Shown piece by piece: positions 26,616-36,559 of a DNA stretch of 45,181 nucleotides. Numbering within the stretch: the stretch's first letter is position 1; every line of letters starts with the position of its first letter. This DNA comes from Verrucomicrobiota bacterium. GTDB taxonomy: Bacteria > Verrucomicrobiota > Verrucomicrobiia > Verrucomicrobiales > DEV007. The notes beneath the pieces were generated by a model. The model ran no database searches. It was not told where the DNA came from and was given only the letters and a program-made list of their open reading frames with translations. A program made the position numbers and the translations under genes. The stretch covers positions 1-45,181 of the forward strand of contig JASFYY010000063.1 in assembly GCA_045046875.1 (NCBI GenBank), read 5' to 3'.

Positions 26616-27779
26616 TCACTCAAAGCTTTTGATGAATTCCCGGTAGAAAGTGGTGGCTTTCTCTACTTGATCAACTTCGACGTATTCGATGGCGACGTGG
26701 GCGCGGTCGATAGAGCCGGGGCCGTAGATCAGGCTGGGGATGCCTGCTCGGGAAAGTTTGGTGCAGTCGCAGCCGTAGGGAACGCCGGCGGGTTCCGGGT
26801 TGAGTCCGATCTTTTCCAGTGCTCGGGAGGCCGCCGTTACGACGGCGGCATTTGCAGGGGTTTCCATCGCTTCGTCGGTCAGGTTGGGAGCCAACATTTC
26901 GACTTTCAGCTGGGGGTGTTGGATTCGCACTTCGTCCAGTATACCTTGATAGTGAGCCAGTACGGTGGCGATTTGTTCTCCGGGCAACAAGCGACGATCC
27001 AACTGGATCTCGCAGCGGTCGGGCACGAAGTTCACTTGCAGTCCACCATTGATCAGCCCGATATTGCAGGTCGCGGCTCCGACCAAGGGGTGAGGAGTGC
27101 TTTTTGCAAGCTGGACTCCGTCGGCTTCCAGCGCGAGAATGACTCTCGCCATGTCTGCGATGGCGTTGATTCCCAGATGCGGCTTAGAACTATGTGCGGC
27201 TTTGCCATGGGTGACGATGCTCCAGCGGAGCACTCCTTTGTTGGCGCGGATGGCACGCAGTTCAGTAGGTTCGGCAACGATGGCGGCCAGCGGGGTGGGG
27301 CCGGTTTTTAGTTCTTTGACCAAATGATCCACCCCACGGTGACGGTATTCTTCATCTATCGCCGCGCAGAACCAAATTTCACAGTTGGGCTGGTAGCTTT
27401 CTGCTTTTAACGAACGCAAGGCTTCCATCATGGCGGCAACTCCGCCTTTGTTGTCACAGGCACCGCGCCCATAGAGGCGATTGCCTTCGATGCGAGCTTC
27501 GAAGGGTTCGATTTGCATGCCTTCAGTGGTAACTACATCTGTATGAGCTTCAAAGACGATGCGGCGTTCCGGATTTTTGCTGGGCAGCCGAGCGATGATA
27601 TTGGGGCGGTCGGGTAGCACTTCGCTCTCCCATACCTCGATGCCGGCTTGCTCGAAGTAGTTACGGATCCAGGTGGAGATTCTCTTTTCGCCAGGGCCGT
27701 CGTAAGCGGGGTTGACGCTGTTGATGCTGACCAGGCTTTTCAGCGTTTCGATGACCGGAGATATAGAAGATGAAGGCAT
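26616..27779 (-). CDS. M20 metallopeptidase, ArgE/DapE-family deacylase
   Basis: AHTDVV, LYGRGACDNKGG, DEE, EPT, GKAAHSS, GPG...AH..IE. Confidence 0.9.
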   Translation of the reverse strand: MPSSSISPVIETLKSLVSINSVNPAYDGPGEKRISTWIRNYFEQAGIEVWESEVLPDRPNIIARLPSKNPERRIVFEAHTDVVTTEGMQIEPFEARIEGNRLYGRGACDNKGGVAAMMEALRSLKAESYQPNCEIWFCAAIDEEYRHRGVDHLVKELKTGPTPLAAIVAEPTELRAIRANKGVLRWSIVTHGKAAHSSKPHLGINAIADMARVILALEADGVQLAKSTPHPLVGAATCNIGLINGGLQVNFVPDRCEIQLDRRLLPGEQIATVLAHYQGILDEVRIQHPQLKVEMLAPNLTDEAMETPANAAVVTAASRALEKIGLNPEPAGVPYGCDCTKLSRAGIPSLIYGPGSIDRAHVAIEYVEVDQVEKATTFYREFIKSFE

Positions 27780-27784
27780 GGTTG

Positions 27785-29113
27785 CTATTTTTTTGAGCCA
27801 CCGATGGAGATCAGTTGGGTTTTGCTGCGGACGATGAGCTTGCCTGCGAAGACAGCAGGGGTCGCAAAAATGTCGGAGCCGAAGTCGTAACGGGAAACCA
27901 CTTCAAAACTGCGCCCTGCCTTGATCACGGCCATGATGCCGTCGCGGGTGGCGCAGTAGATGTGACCATTGATGGCGATGGGTGAGCTGAAATAGACGCC
28001 GCCTACTTTTTCGCTGTAGATCTGTTTCCCTGTTAGGGCTTCGCGGCAGGTGAGCATGCCTTTGTCACTCCACAGGTAGAGCAAGTCATCGACAAAAATC
28101 GGGGTGGGCACATAACCCAGGCCGTCGGTTTTATCGAGTGAGTAGAGAACTTCGACCTGGCCGTTTGCGCTGATGCGCAGAGCGTCGCTGAGCTTGCCTT
28201 TGCCACTGGCTCCGAGGGTGGCAAATAGCAGGCCGTCTTTTTCCACAGGTGACCCGACCGAGCGGTTGGGGTAGTTTTCTTTATGCTGCCAGATGTTTTT
28301 GCCAGTTTGGGGGGCGAGGCCGAGCCAACCGTGATGGGTGCTGACCAGCGCTACGCTTTTTTTATCGCCGACCTTGACCACCAGTGGGGTGCTGTAAACG
28401 GTTTTGTGAGGCAGTTTTTCCGATGCCGGATCGATGCGTTCGCGGCTCCAGAGGACTTTTCCGCTGTCGGCATCGACGCCGACAATGTGGTTTTTGCGCT
28501 GCTCTTTGGAGTCGGTATTTACGATCAGCACTCCGTTGACCAGAATGGGGGAGGAGGCGCTGCCGTGGTCGGAGGTGTAGCCGTCGAGATGCTGTTTCCA
28601 GAGCGGCTTGCCATCGTGAGTCAGGGCTCGAATGCTCAATTGCTCGCCGCTACTGGATATGAAATATACGCCAGCTGCAGCGGTGACTGGTGTGCAGGAA
28701 GCGAAGGTGTTGAGTTTTTTGTTGGTGTGGTGAGGCTGGTAGGGGTCGGTTGCAGACCATAGTTTTTTGCCGTCGGTTGATGAATAACAGACTAAGGCGC
28801 GTTCGCCTTCTTTGGTGGGATCGGCGACCAACAGGTAGATGTGATCCTGCCACACGACGGGGGAGGAGTGGCCAATTCCTTGCAACTCGGTTTTCCAGTT
28901 GAAGTCAGCTTCGGTGAAAGTGGTAGGAACCGTCGAGGCATCACTCAGACCAGATCCATTGGGGCCACGAAAACGAGACCATTGTTCCTGTTGTGATGGT
29001 TTCTCCTGTTCGACACTTTGTGCGGGGGCTGCTACAAAGGTGAAAAACAAAACGATGGCCAGTGAACAGAAAGTTCGGATGGATTTGGAGGAAAGGAGGG
29101 GGGGGAGGTGCAT
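27785..29113 (-). CDS. Secreted PQQ-like beta-propeller repeat protein
   Basis: Signal peptide, WSRFRGPNGSG, GHSSPVVW, repeated GK.LW blades; start at ATG 29113 (MHLPPLL). Confidence 0.85.
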   Translation of the reverse strand: MHLPPLLSSKSIRTFCSLAIVLFFTFVAAPAQSVEQEKPSQQEQWSRFRGPNGSGLSDASTVPTTFTEADFNWKTELQGIGHSSPVVWQDHIYLLVADPTKEGERALVCYSSTDGKKLWSATDPYQPHHTNKKLNTFASCTPVTAAAGVYFISSSGEQLSIRALTHDGKPLWKQHLDGYTSDHGSASSPILVNGVLIVNTDSKEQRKNHIVGVDADSGKVLWSRERIDPASEKLPHKTVYSTPLVVKVGDKKSVALVSTHHGWLGLAPQTGKNIWQHKENYPNRSVGSPVEKDGLLFATLGASGKGKLSDALRISANGQVEVLYSLDKTDGLGYVPTPIFVDDLLYLWSDKGMLTCREALTGKQIYSEKVGGVYFSSPIAINGHIYCATRDGIMAVIKAGRSFEVVSRYDFGSDIFATPAVFAGKLIVRSKTQLISIGGSKK

Positions 29114-29153
29114 CGGGGAGGGAGTTTGGATGGAGTGGGTTACACTTGTTATT

Positions 29154-30449
29154 TTATGAGGGTTCTTCCGGGTTGAATATTTGTTGCCAGTTAGTATTTC
29201 CGGCAGACAGGGCTTCTTTGGCCTTGTCGAGTTCTGTATTGGTATTGGCAAAACGATGGGAGATCACCCCGAGAAACTGCCATAACAGCTTTACTGCGAG
29301 TTGGTGTTCCTGACGAAGGATTTCGAAAAACTCTGCGCGGCGGATAACCATGAGTTCAGTAGATCCTTTGCTGATGACGGAAGCGGAACGGGGTTCTCCA
29401 CGAACCAGGGCCATTTCTCCAAAATGATCTCCGACGCTCAGTTGGGCGATCTCATTATTGCCCTTACGCACTGATGCTTGTCCGTCGAGGATGACAAAAA
29501 GGCTGTCACCTTCTTCGCCCTCATTAATGATGTTTTCTTCGTCCCGGAAATTAACCACGGCCGTGATTTGCAGGACGTGTAATAACTCGCGTTCATCCAG
29601 TTGTTTGAAGAGTGCCATTTTGGAGAGCAGGTCGTGTTTCAATTGCAATGTGCGGGCACGCTCTTCATCCGGATGGTCACCTTCGCTGACCGATATTGCA
29701 ATGGCAGTGATATTGTCCCCGCCACCAGCATCATTGGCTGCATCGATCATCGTTTGCGCGGCACAATCAATATCGCTGATCGCCAGAATTTCCCCAAGCA
29801 TCTCAGGCTCCTCCTCAAAATAATGGGAAAGTCCGTCCGAGCAGAGCAGGAATCGGTCACTATCCAACAAATCGACAATCAGGGTTTCCGGTTTGGCGTG
29901 TTCAAAGGTTCCGATAGCCCGGGTGATCGAGTTGCCGAGTCCAAGTTGTTCGGCATGCTCTTGTGCCAGTTGCCCACTGCTGACCAACTCGTTGTAGACC
30001 GTATGATCCGTGGTGAGCTGTTCGAGTGAATGGTTGCGTAGGATGTAGGCACGGCTATCTCCAACGTTGAGGATGAATGCTTTGGCACCAACAATCAGGA
30101 TGGCGACCAAAGTGGTGCCCATGCCGCTGCATCCTGGGTTTTTGAGGGATTCCGCATGGACTTCGCTGGACGCCCGGTTGGCAGCGAAGGACATCAAGTT
30201 GACTAAGTCCAGTTTGGTTGTGTTTTCGTTTTTATCGAGGTAGCGGCTAAGCAAGTCTTGTTCTTTCCAAATTTCATTGTGAAAAACTTGCACGGCGATT
30301 TTACTCGCAACTTCACCAGCGGCATGCCCGCCCATGCCATCACAAACCACAAACAAATCCAGTCTTGGGTCAGCGAGAAAATTATCTTCGTTTTCCGGGC
30401 GCAGACGCCCGATATCAGTGAGGCCGCAAAATTTTATTTCGATTGCCAT
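29154..30449 (-). CDS. PP2C/Stp1-family Ser/Thr phosphatase with C-terminal cyclic-nucleotide-binding domain
   Basis: NEDN, VCDGMGG, GTT, VGDSR, CSDGL, GDNIT; cNMP cassette FGEMALVRGEPRSASV. Confidence 0.92.
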   Translation of the reverse strand: MAIEIKFCGLTDIGRLRPENEDNFLADPRLDLFVVCDGMGGHAAGEVASKIAVQVFHNEIWKEQDLLSRYLDKNENTTKLDLVNLMSFAANRASSEVHAESLKNPGCSGMGTTLVAILIVGAKAFILNVGDSRAYILRNHSLEQLTTDHTVYNELVSSGQLAQEHAEQLGLGNSITRAIGTFEHAKPETLIVDLLDSDRFLLCSDGLSHYFEEEPEMLGEILAISDIDCAAQTMIDAANDAGGGDNITAIAISVSEGDHPDEERARTLQLKHDLLSKMALFKQLDERELLHVLQITAVVNFRDEENIINEGEEGDSLFVILDGQASVRKGNNEIAQLSVGDHFGEMALVRGEPRSASVISKGSTELMVIRRAEFFEILRQEHQLAVKLLWQFLGVISHRFANTNTELDKAKEALSAGNTNWQQIFNPEEPS

Positions 30450-30530
30450 CTCTAACTAACGTCCGGCCTCAATGATTTTGAGTTGAATCAGTAATAGTTT
30501 GTTTCCGATCGATTTTTCGCTCCAATGAGC

Positions 30531-31391
30531 TCAGCCGTCGATGTCGGCTACCAGCACCTCGAGACGTTTGGCGAAGTCCACCCACACGGTGCGCCCTTCT
30601 CCTGAGTCATCAACATCTTGCCCGGCGTGGATCGCTGCTTTGATGTGCGGCTCGATTGACAGCCAGCCTTCGTAGCCGGTGTCTTTCAAATCCTGGATGA
30701 TTTTTCTCTGCACGGGATCTTCGTCAACATGACAGGTCACGAACTCTTTTCCATCGGGGCCGGCTTTGGCGCATTTGATGTGAACGTGGGTGATCTGGTC
30801 ACGGCATTTTTGATAATAATCCCAAGTGGCGTCGGTACTGTTGGCATGCAGGCTGTTATTGCCGGTGTCAAAAATGAGCTGTAAGGCGGGGCTGTTGACT
30901 TTCTCGACCAGTTCGAGATAACCTTCAGGATCTGCACCAATGCCACTGCAGTTTTCGTGAGCGAGGATAATGCCTTCGGCTTCGGCGATGACTGCTAGTT
31001 CTTTAAAGCGGCGCACAGCTTCTGTCAGCCAAGCGTCGCGTTCGAGTGGGCTGTCCGCATCGTTGGGATAGGACATGGTGCGAAGGAATTGGGTGTTCGC
31101 CTGGCGCATGCGTGGAGCGACACGTTTCAATTCGTCGAGATCGACTTGGAAGTCGGAGGTGATGGGGCGTGCCCAGTTGGCGATCTGGCCGCCGAATCCT
31201 ACTACTTCGATACTTTCGGCTTGGAGCTTGTCCCAGGTCGCAGACCATTCGTCGTCCGTTTGGTCAACGATATTTTTTCCGTCAATCAAGCGTAGCTCGA
31301 TGGCCGACCAGCCTACTTCCTTGAGAGTAGAAATTTGTTCAGCGAGTGATTTTTCTGCTTCGTCGGCGAATCCGGTAAATTGAAATGACAT
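30531..31391 (-). CDS. Sugar phosphate isomerase/epimerase (xylose-isomerase-like TIM barrel)
   Basis: GFADE, IELR, HEN, FDTGN, HVHIK, GYEGWLSIEPH. Confidence 0.85.
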   Translation of the reverse strand: MSFQFTGFADEAEKSLAEQISTLKEVGWSAIELRLIDGKNIVDQTDDEWSATWDKLQAESIEVVGFGGQIANWARPITSDFQVDLDELKRVAPRMRQANTQFLRTMSYPNDADSPLERDAWLTEAVRRFKELAVIAEAEGIILAHENCSGIGADPEGYLELVEKVNSPALQLIFDTGNNSLHANSTDATWDYYQKCRDQITHVHIKCAKAGPDGKEFVTCHVDEDPVQRKIIQDLKDTGYEGWLSIEPHIKAAIHAGQDVDDSGEGRTVWVDFAKRLEVLVADIDG

Positions 31392-31463
31392 AGTTTGTAT
31401 AGGTGGAAATTCAGATAAAAGCTTTGCAGCAAAAGGATTAGGTCAAAAAACGCTAAAAGACAA

Positions 31464-32447
31464 TCACTTATCGAGCTTGGCTTGAGCGCTTTGCATCACA
31501 CTGGCGAGGGTGACTTCCTTGCCGCCTTGACGTTTACTTTCGTCAGCGGCTTCCATGAATGCGTAGATTTCGAGTGTTTCTTCCTGGCTGACAGGAACCT
31601 TGCCGGTGCGGAAATATTTGGCAATCGCAACTACCAGAGGTTTGTAACCGTCGTATTTGCCGATTTCGGCTTCGCCTTTGTCGCCTTTGGCGATGCCTCC
31701 GTATCCTTTGCGTTCTTCGAAGATGCCAGTGCGGCCACCGCTCCATTTGCCGGTGACGCGGATTTTGCCATCGTCGGTGGTGCTGCGAACAACGGATTCA
31801 CAACCAGGTCCCATCAGAGTGAACAGTGATTCTACACCGTGGATGCCGTACCAGTATAGATCGGGGTGGGTTTTTTCAATTGATGCCGGACTGCCGGTTT
31901 TGGCGTAGTGGACTTTGCCAATAGAGCCATTGCGCACCGCTTGGTTTTGCGCAGAAAAACGTAGTGAAGACGAGGAAAACAGCGGCACACCGTATTTTTT
32001 GGATGCAGCAAAAATGGCAATTGAATCTTCCAGAGAGGCAGCGATGGGCTTGTCGATGAAAACTCGTTTTTTGGCTTTCAATACTGGCAATACCTGGGCG
32101 AGGTGAGGGCGTCCGTCATTGGTTTCCAGACAGACTGCATCAACTTTTTCCAGTAGAGCCTCGATGGAAGGCACGATTTCGATGCCCATTTCTTTCAACT
32201 GGGCGGTGTATTTCGGCACCCGGCTGGTGCTCGACTCGATGTCGGGGCTGCCTTTGGGGTAAGCGGCCACCAATTTGCAATTGGCCAGATCGCCAGTGGC
32301 CTTGGGATCATTGAATGCTTTGGTGAAGGCGATGACGTGAGAAGTGTCGAGGCCGATGATGCCGACTTTGATTTCTTCGGCCCGGCTGTTGGACAATGCG
32401 AGCAAGGAAAAAGTGGCGACGAGGAGAGTGAATAGTCTGGTTTTCAT
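31464..32447 (-). CDS. Secreted Gfo/Idh/MocA-family oxidoreductase
   Basis: Signal peptide, VGIIGLDTSH, VFIDKP, SSSSLRF, WYGIHGVE. Confidence 0.85.
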   Translation of the reverse strand: MKTRLFTLLVATFSLLALSNSRAEEIKVGIIGLDTSHVIAFTKAFNDPKATGDLANCKLVAAYPKGSPDIESSTSRVPKYTAQLKEMGIEIVPSIEALLEKVDAVCLETNDGRPHLAQVLPVLKAKKRVFIDKPIAASLEDSIAIFAASKKYGVPLFSSSSLRFSAQNQAVRNGSIGKVHYAKTGSPASIEKTHPDLYWYGIHGVESLFTLMGPGCESVVRSTTDDGKIRVTGKWSGGRTGIFEERKGYGGIAKGDKGEAEIGKYDGYKPLVVAIAKYFRTGKVPVSQEETLEIYAFMEAADESKRQGGKEVTLASVMQSAQAKLDK

Positions 32448-32727
32448 GAATGGCTAGTTTGGGTTTTTAACTATGCGTAAGGGATAAATGGACGATTGCA
32501 AGTGGAGGGTGAACTGGGAGAGAGGTGGGGATGGAAATTTTTCCTGATAGCCGACAGGGCTGAGGGGATGTTTACAGGTTGGCTGTTTTATTCTTGGTAT
32601 ATTTAATAGTTATATTTAAGGGAGGATCCCCATGTAAAAAAGTTCTTGTGTGGAGCGGATGTCGTTGTATTATGGAGGGAGGGGACATATTTGGAGGGGG
32701 CAAAATGCTTAAAAAACGAGATCAATT

Positions 32728-33855
32728 ATGAGGAAAATACGGGAGTTTTTGTTGGGGCCGGAGGGGCAAACGAACTATTACCATGTGGTGAGCCGGACGG
32801 CGGGGAGGGATATTTTGTTTGAGGATGATGAGAAGGAAACTTTTCGGATTTTGATGCTTAAACAGTTGAAGTTCAGTGGACTGCGGGCACTGGCATGGTG
32901 TTTTATGGGCAATCATTTTCATTTGCTGTTGGAGGTGCCGGACAGGGAGTTGGCGACAGAGGGGTGGAAGGATGAGGATTATATTAAGCGTTTGGAGGTG
33001 TTTAAGTATGAGTGGTCGAGCAAGTTGGTATTGGATGAGGTAGAGATGTTTAGGGAGAACGGTGCGGATGAAAAGGTGAATGAGGTTGCAGAATCGGTGA
33101 AGGCGCGGCTGTTTGATCTATCGATGTTTATGAAGGAGCTGAAGCTGAAGATGACACTGGCTTACAACCGGAAACACGGTCGGGTGGGGACTTTGTGGGA
33201 GGGACCGTTTAAGAGTGTGTTGCTGCAACCTCCTTCGCCATTCTCCTTCGCTAAAGCTACGGCGAACAAGAGGCTTCGGCGGTCAGGGGAGACGGATGGT
33301 GAGAGTGGAGAGAGTAGTGATGCGTTGCGTATGGTGGCGGCTTATATCGATCTGAATCCGATTCGGGCGGGGTTGGCGCGGGAGCCGGAGGGTTATCGCT
33401 GGTGTTCGTATGCGGCGGCGGTGGCCGGGGTTCGCGACGCGCGACAGGGTTTGTGTTATGCTGTGATGGGGCGCAGTCGGGTGGCGTGGAAAAAGGTGGC
33501 GCAGGAATATCGTTGTTTGTTGTATGCAAAAGGGAAAACGGTGAAGGCTGATCAAACGGTGGATGGTTACAACAAGGGCAGGGCAGGTTTTAGTCGGGCG
33601 GAGATCAAGGAGGTGTTGGAATCGGGTGGGCGTTTGCCGGTGGCGGAGGCTTTGCGGTGTCGGGTGAGGTATTTTACCGATGGAGCAGTGTTGGGAAGTC
33701 AACGTTATGTGGATGACTTTTTTGAGAGTAAGAGGGAGAGTTTTGGTGCACGGCGTAAGGATGGTGGGCGGCGAATGCGCGGGGCGCAGTGGGGGGATTT
33801 ACGGGTGCTTCGGGATTTGAAAGAGGATGTGGTGACGGTCAAACGGCCTTGTTAG
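32728..33855 (+). mobile_element. REP-associated tyrosine transposase (HUH/Y1, IS200-like), apparently intact
   Basis: YYHVVSR, CFMGNHFHLL (HUH), GTLWEGPFKS, AAYIDLNPIRAG, YRWCSY. Confidence 0.9.
33229..33288 (+). repeat. Two nested ~30-nt palindromic repeat units inserted in-frame in the transposase
   Basis: Outer cctccttcgcca|gaggcttcggcggtcagg is interrupted by related inner unit ttctccttcgctaaagctacggcgaacaa. Confidence 0.72.
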
Positions 33856-34001
33856 CAGGAGTGGGGGATTTATTACCGGTGATATTACCGGAAGATTTCG
33901 GGAGCGTCTGCAAGTATTCAATCCGCCGTTGAAAAATACACTTAAGGGGCGCGGCTATTAAATCATGGCTCCAGTTGTTGCTGGTGAATGAAGCGATAGT
34001 A

Positions 34002-35417
34002 TCACTTGCGAGTGGTTGGATGCGGTTCGGCTGAGTATTCAAGATCTGCCAGACGGGTGCCGGTGGCAGAAAGAACATCGACGACGATTTGCCATTGCCA
34101 GGCGCGGTGGTTGGCTTTGAAAACCAGGGTATTCCAGCCTTGCTGTAGGGTGGCATCGATGGTGGTGACGGGGGACTTTGCTTTTATCAAGCTTTGGTGA
34201 AGTTGTTTTCCATTTAACCACAGGGTGAGATGGATGTTGCCGGCGAAGATGTCGCTGGAGAGCTTGATTTGCACGGGAGCGGCCTGGGGGATGTGGATCC
34301 ACTGGGCGCCGTAGCCGCCTTCGAATATTTTTGCGTGGGTGATGGCTGAAAAGTCGGCACTGCCGGCTTGATCCTGGCCGGTGTAATTGATGCTCGGTTG
34401 GTATTTTTTCCATTGCAGTAACTGGCCTTGGCCGACATCGATCGCGGCGGTGAAGTCGGTATGAGATTCAATGGCATCGTCGATGGGCGTGCGGGCTTTG
34501 TCTGGCTGGAATTGGTAACCTTTCCAATAGGGCTGATTCAGTTTGGAAGCTAACAACCAAGGGGTTGAAACCGTAGGGGAGGTGATTTTTTTCGCCCGTT
34601 TTACTTCGTTTTGCCATACGGCTTGCAGTGTTTCGTTTTCAAGAAAAGCGGCGGCTTTGTTTTCTCCTAGACCCTGCAACATGCCTATGGCCACGGCGAT
34701 ATGACCGGCGAGGTTGGGATGGACAAAATCGTTGGTGACATGGAAGCGGGGGTTGATCCGCCTGCCATGATCCAGGGTTTTCCGAACCGAGGTATTGACC
34801 GGCAGGACGAGCCAATGATGTTGTGCTGCCATTTCGCGGATGAGTTGGTTCATGCGCTGGATCAGCTGGTTTTTTGGCGAAGCCGGGTCTTCGGTTGCCA
34901 TGCTGATGGTGGCGATGGCGGTGGTTTTGGGATGGATGCGGGCTTGCAGTGAGGTGATCAGGGAGAGGTAGTCGGCCTGCCATTTTTTGAGCGAGATTTT
35001 GTCATCACCGACATAGGGGGCGAGCACGTCATTCATACCTAACATGATGACCATGATGTCGGTGGATTTGCCGAGGTTTTCTTTCAAACCGTATTTTTTG
35101 ATGTCGAGGAATACTTCTTGTTCACTCTCGCGGGATCTTTTTTCATGACCGATCCAGGAGTGGACCCCACTGCCACTGCCGCCGAGTGGGATGAGTTCGG
35201 TTGCTTGCTGTGGAGAGACTTTTTTCAGTGCCTTTTTGATCTGGAACACAAAGCCGGTATTGAGCCACCCTCCGCCTTGTCCGGTGATGCTGTCGCCGAT
35301 GAAAACGATGCGAAGTTTTTTCTGGTTGGAAAGTTGTTCGGCTAAGCAGAGGGGAGCTAGTGCGATGAGGGTGGTTAGGAAGAGGGTCGCGACCCGTATC
35401 TGATGAGAAGCAAACAT
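34002..35417 (-). CDS. Secreted SGNH/GDSL hydrolase with an extra C-terminal beta-rich domain
   Basis: Signal peptide, FIGDSIT, GMND, DFVHPN..GH. Confidence 0.85.
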   Translation of the reverse strand: MFASHQIRVATLFLTTLIALAPLCLAEQLSNQKKLRIVFIGDSITGQGGGWLNTGFVFQIKKALKKVSPQQATELIPLGGSGSGVHSWIGHEKRSRESEQEVFLDIKKYGLKENLGKSTDIMVIMLGMNDVLAPYVGDDKISLKKWQADYLSLITSLQARIHPKTTAIATISMATEDPASPKNQLIQRMNQLIREMAAQHHWLVLPVNTSVRKTLDHGRRINPRFHVTNDFVHPNLAGHIAVAIGMLQGLGENKAAAFLENETLQAVWQNEVKRAKKITSPTVSTPWLLASKLNQPYWKGYQFQPDKARTPIDDAIESHTDFTAAIDVGQGQLLQWKKYQPSINYTGQDQAGSADFSAITHAKIFEGGYGAQWIHIPQAAPVQIKLSSDIFAGNIHLTLWLNGKQLHQSLIKAKSPVTTIDATLQQGWNTLVFKANHRAWQWQIVVDVLSATGTRLADLEYSAEPHPTTRK

Positions 35418-35454
35418 GAGGGGGCTGGATAGGCAGGCGGAGTAAAAGATGGGT

Positions 35455-35478
35455 GGGCAAGCGGAGCGCTCGCCCTAC
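35455..35478 (-). repeat. GTAG-type REP palindrome
   Basis: Minus strand GTAGGGCGAGCG-CTC-CGCTTGCCC: GTAG followed by an imperfect GC-rich hairpin, intergenic. Confidence 0.65.
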
Positions 35479-35514
35479 AATATGGTGATGTGTAAATTGA
35501 GAAAGAGGAGCTGC

Positions 35515-36342
35515 TTAGTTGGCAGGAATCTCCAGGATGGCGAATACCGGGCGGTGATCGGAGGCGATGGATTCGGGGATCACTTTTGATTCGATCACTT
35601 TGAAGGCTGTTGCCGGGCGACAGAAAATGTAATCGATGCGTGATTTGGGCTTGGTGGACGGCACGGTGGGGGTGGCGTTTTTATCCATCGAGTTGGTCCA
35701 TTTTTTCAACAGGATCTGCACCGGTTCGGCTTCAGGCTTGGCATTCATGTCGCCGGCAAGAATGGTGGGGATGGTCTGGTCTTTCCAAGTGAAAAGAGCA
35801 TTGACCGCTTTGGCTTCGGCGACTCGGTCTTCGGCGAGGTTGTGTTGGAAGTGGGTGCTGATGATGCGCAGAGGCTTGCCGTTGGGTCCTTCGACGGTGA
35901 CCGCGACGGTGGCGCGTGGGTAAGTTACTTTTTCCGCCGTGCTTTCGGTGTAGGGCAGGGGTTGGATGACTACGTTGAGTATGGGGAAGCGGGACAGCAC
36001 GGCGTTGCCGAACAGGCCGCCCTCGTAGTGTTGGGTCGGGCCGAAGCGGGCGTGCAGTCCGGTGAGTTTGGCGAGTTCCTGGAGTTGGTGAACCCGGCCG
36101 GAGCGTTTGACATGCACGTCCATTTCCTGCAGGGCGACCAGATCGGGTTGGGTTTTATTGATGACCTCGGCGAGGCGTGCGATGTCGTAGATGCCGTCGG
36201 TGCCTTGGCCGTAGTGGATGTTGTAACAGAGCACACGGATTTGGTGGGGCTTTTTGTCAGCGGCTTGTGCGCCTGGGAAGAGAGCAAAAAGGGCAAAGGT
36301 CAGTGTGGCGAGACGCAGGAGGGTGGGGATCGGGGATTTCAT
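35515..36342 (-). CDS. Secreted endonuclease/exonuclease/phosphatase-family protein
   Basis: YNIH, DLVALQE, GNAVLSR, STH, GDMN, RIDYI, SDHRP; start at ATG 36342 (MKSPIP). Confidence 0.9.
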   Translation of the reverse strand: MKSPIPTLLRLATLTFALFALFPGAQAADKKPHQIRVLCYNIHYGQGTDGIYDIARLAEVINKTQPDLVALQEMDVHVKRSGRVHQLQELAKLTGLHARFGPTQHYEGGLFGNAVLSRFPILNVVIQPLPYTESTAEKVTYPRATVAVTVEGPNGKPLRIISTHFQHNLAEDRVAEAKAVNALFTWKDQTIPTILAGDMNAKPEAEPVQILLKKWTNSMDKNATPTVPSTKPKSRIDYIFCRPATAFKVIESKVIPESIASDHRPVFAILEIPAN

Positions 36343-36501
36343 GTGTTGTTGGTAAACAAGCACAGGAAGCTAGATCGCGCTAGTTGAAGAGCGTAGGATT
36401 ATGGAGATTACGAATTATCCGTTTTGCGATCAGTCATAAATGGCAGGGCATTAAGAGACTGAGGCACTTTGCTTATCTTTTCCTTAGTTGAGTTTTTTTA
36501 C

Positions 36502-36527
36502 CGCGGATTTCGCGGATGAACGCGGAT
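36502..36527 (+). repeat. Triple cgcggat short tandem repeat, intergenic
   Basis: cgcggat at 36502, 36511 and 36521, preceded by a T-run. Confidence 0.65.
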
Positions 36528-36559
36528 AAGAAAGAAGAGAGGCTCGGAGAAGAGAGCGT

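Noticed and set aside
26667..27311. 214-aa plus-strand ORF opposite the M20 peptidase
   Set aside because: It is an antisense shadow with no recognisable motifs.
209..32727. Region between the two transposases as a composite transposon or genomic island
   Set aside because: The copies are diverged, Y1/RAYT enzymes are not known to form such composites, and the interval holds core genes (purB, cysS, hemB, engB).
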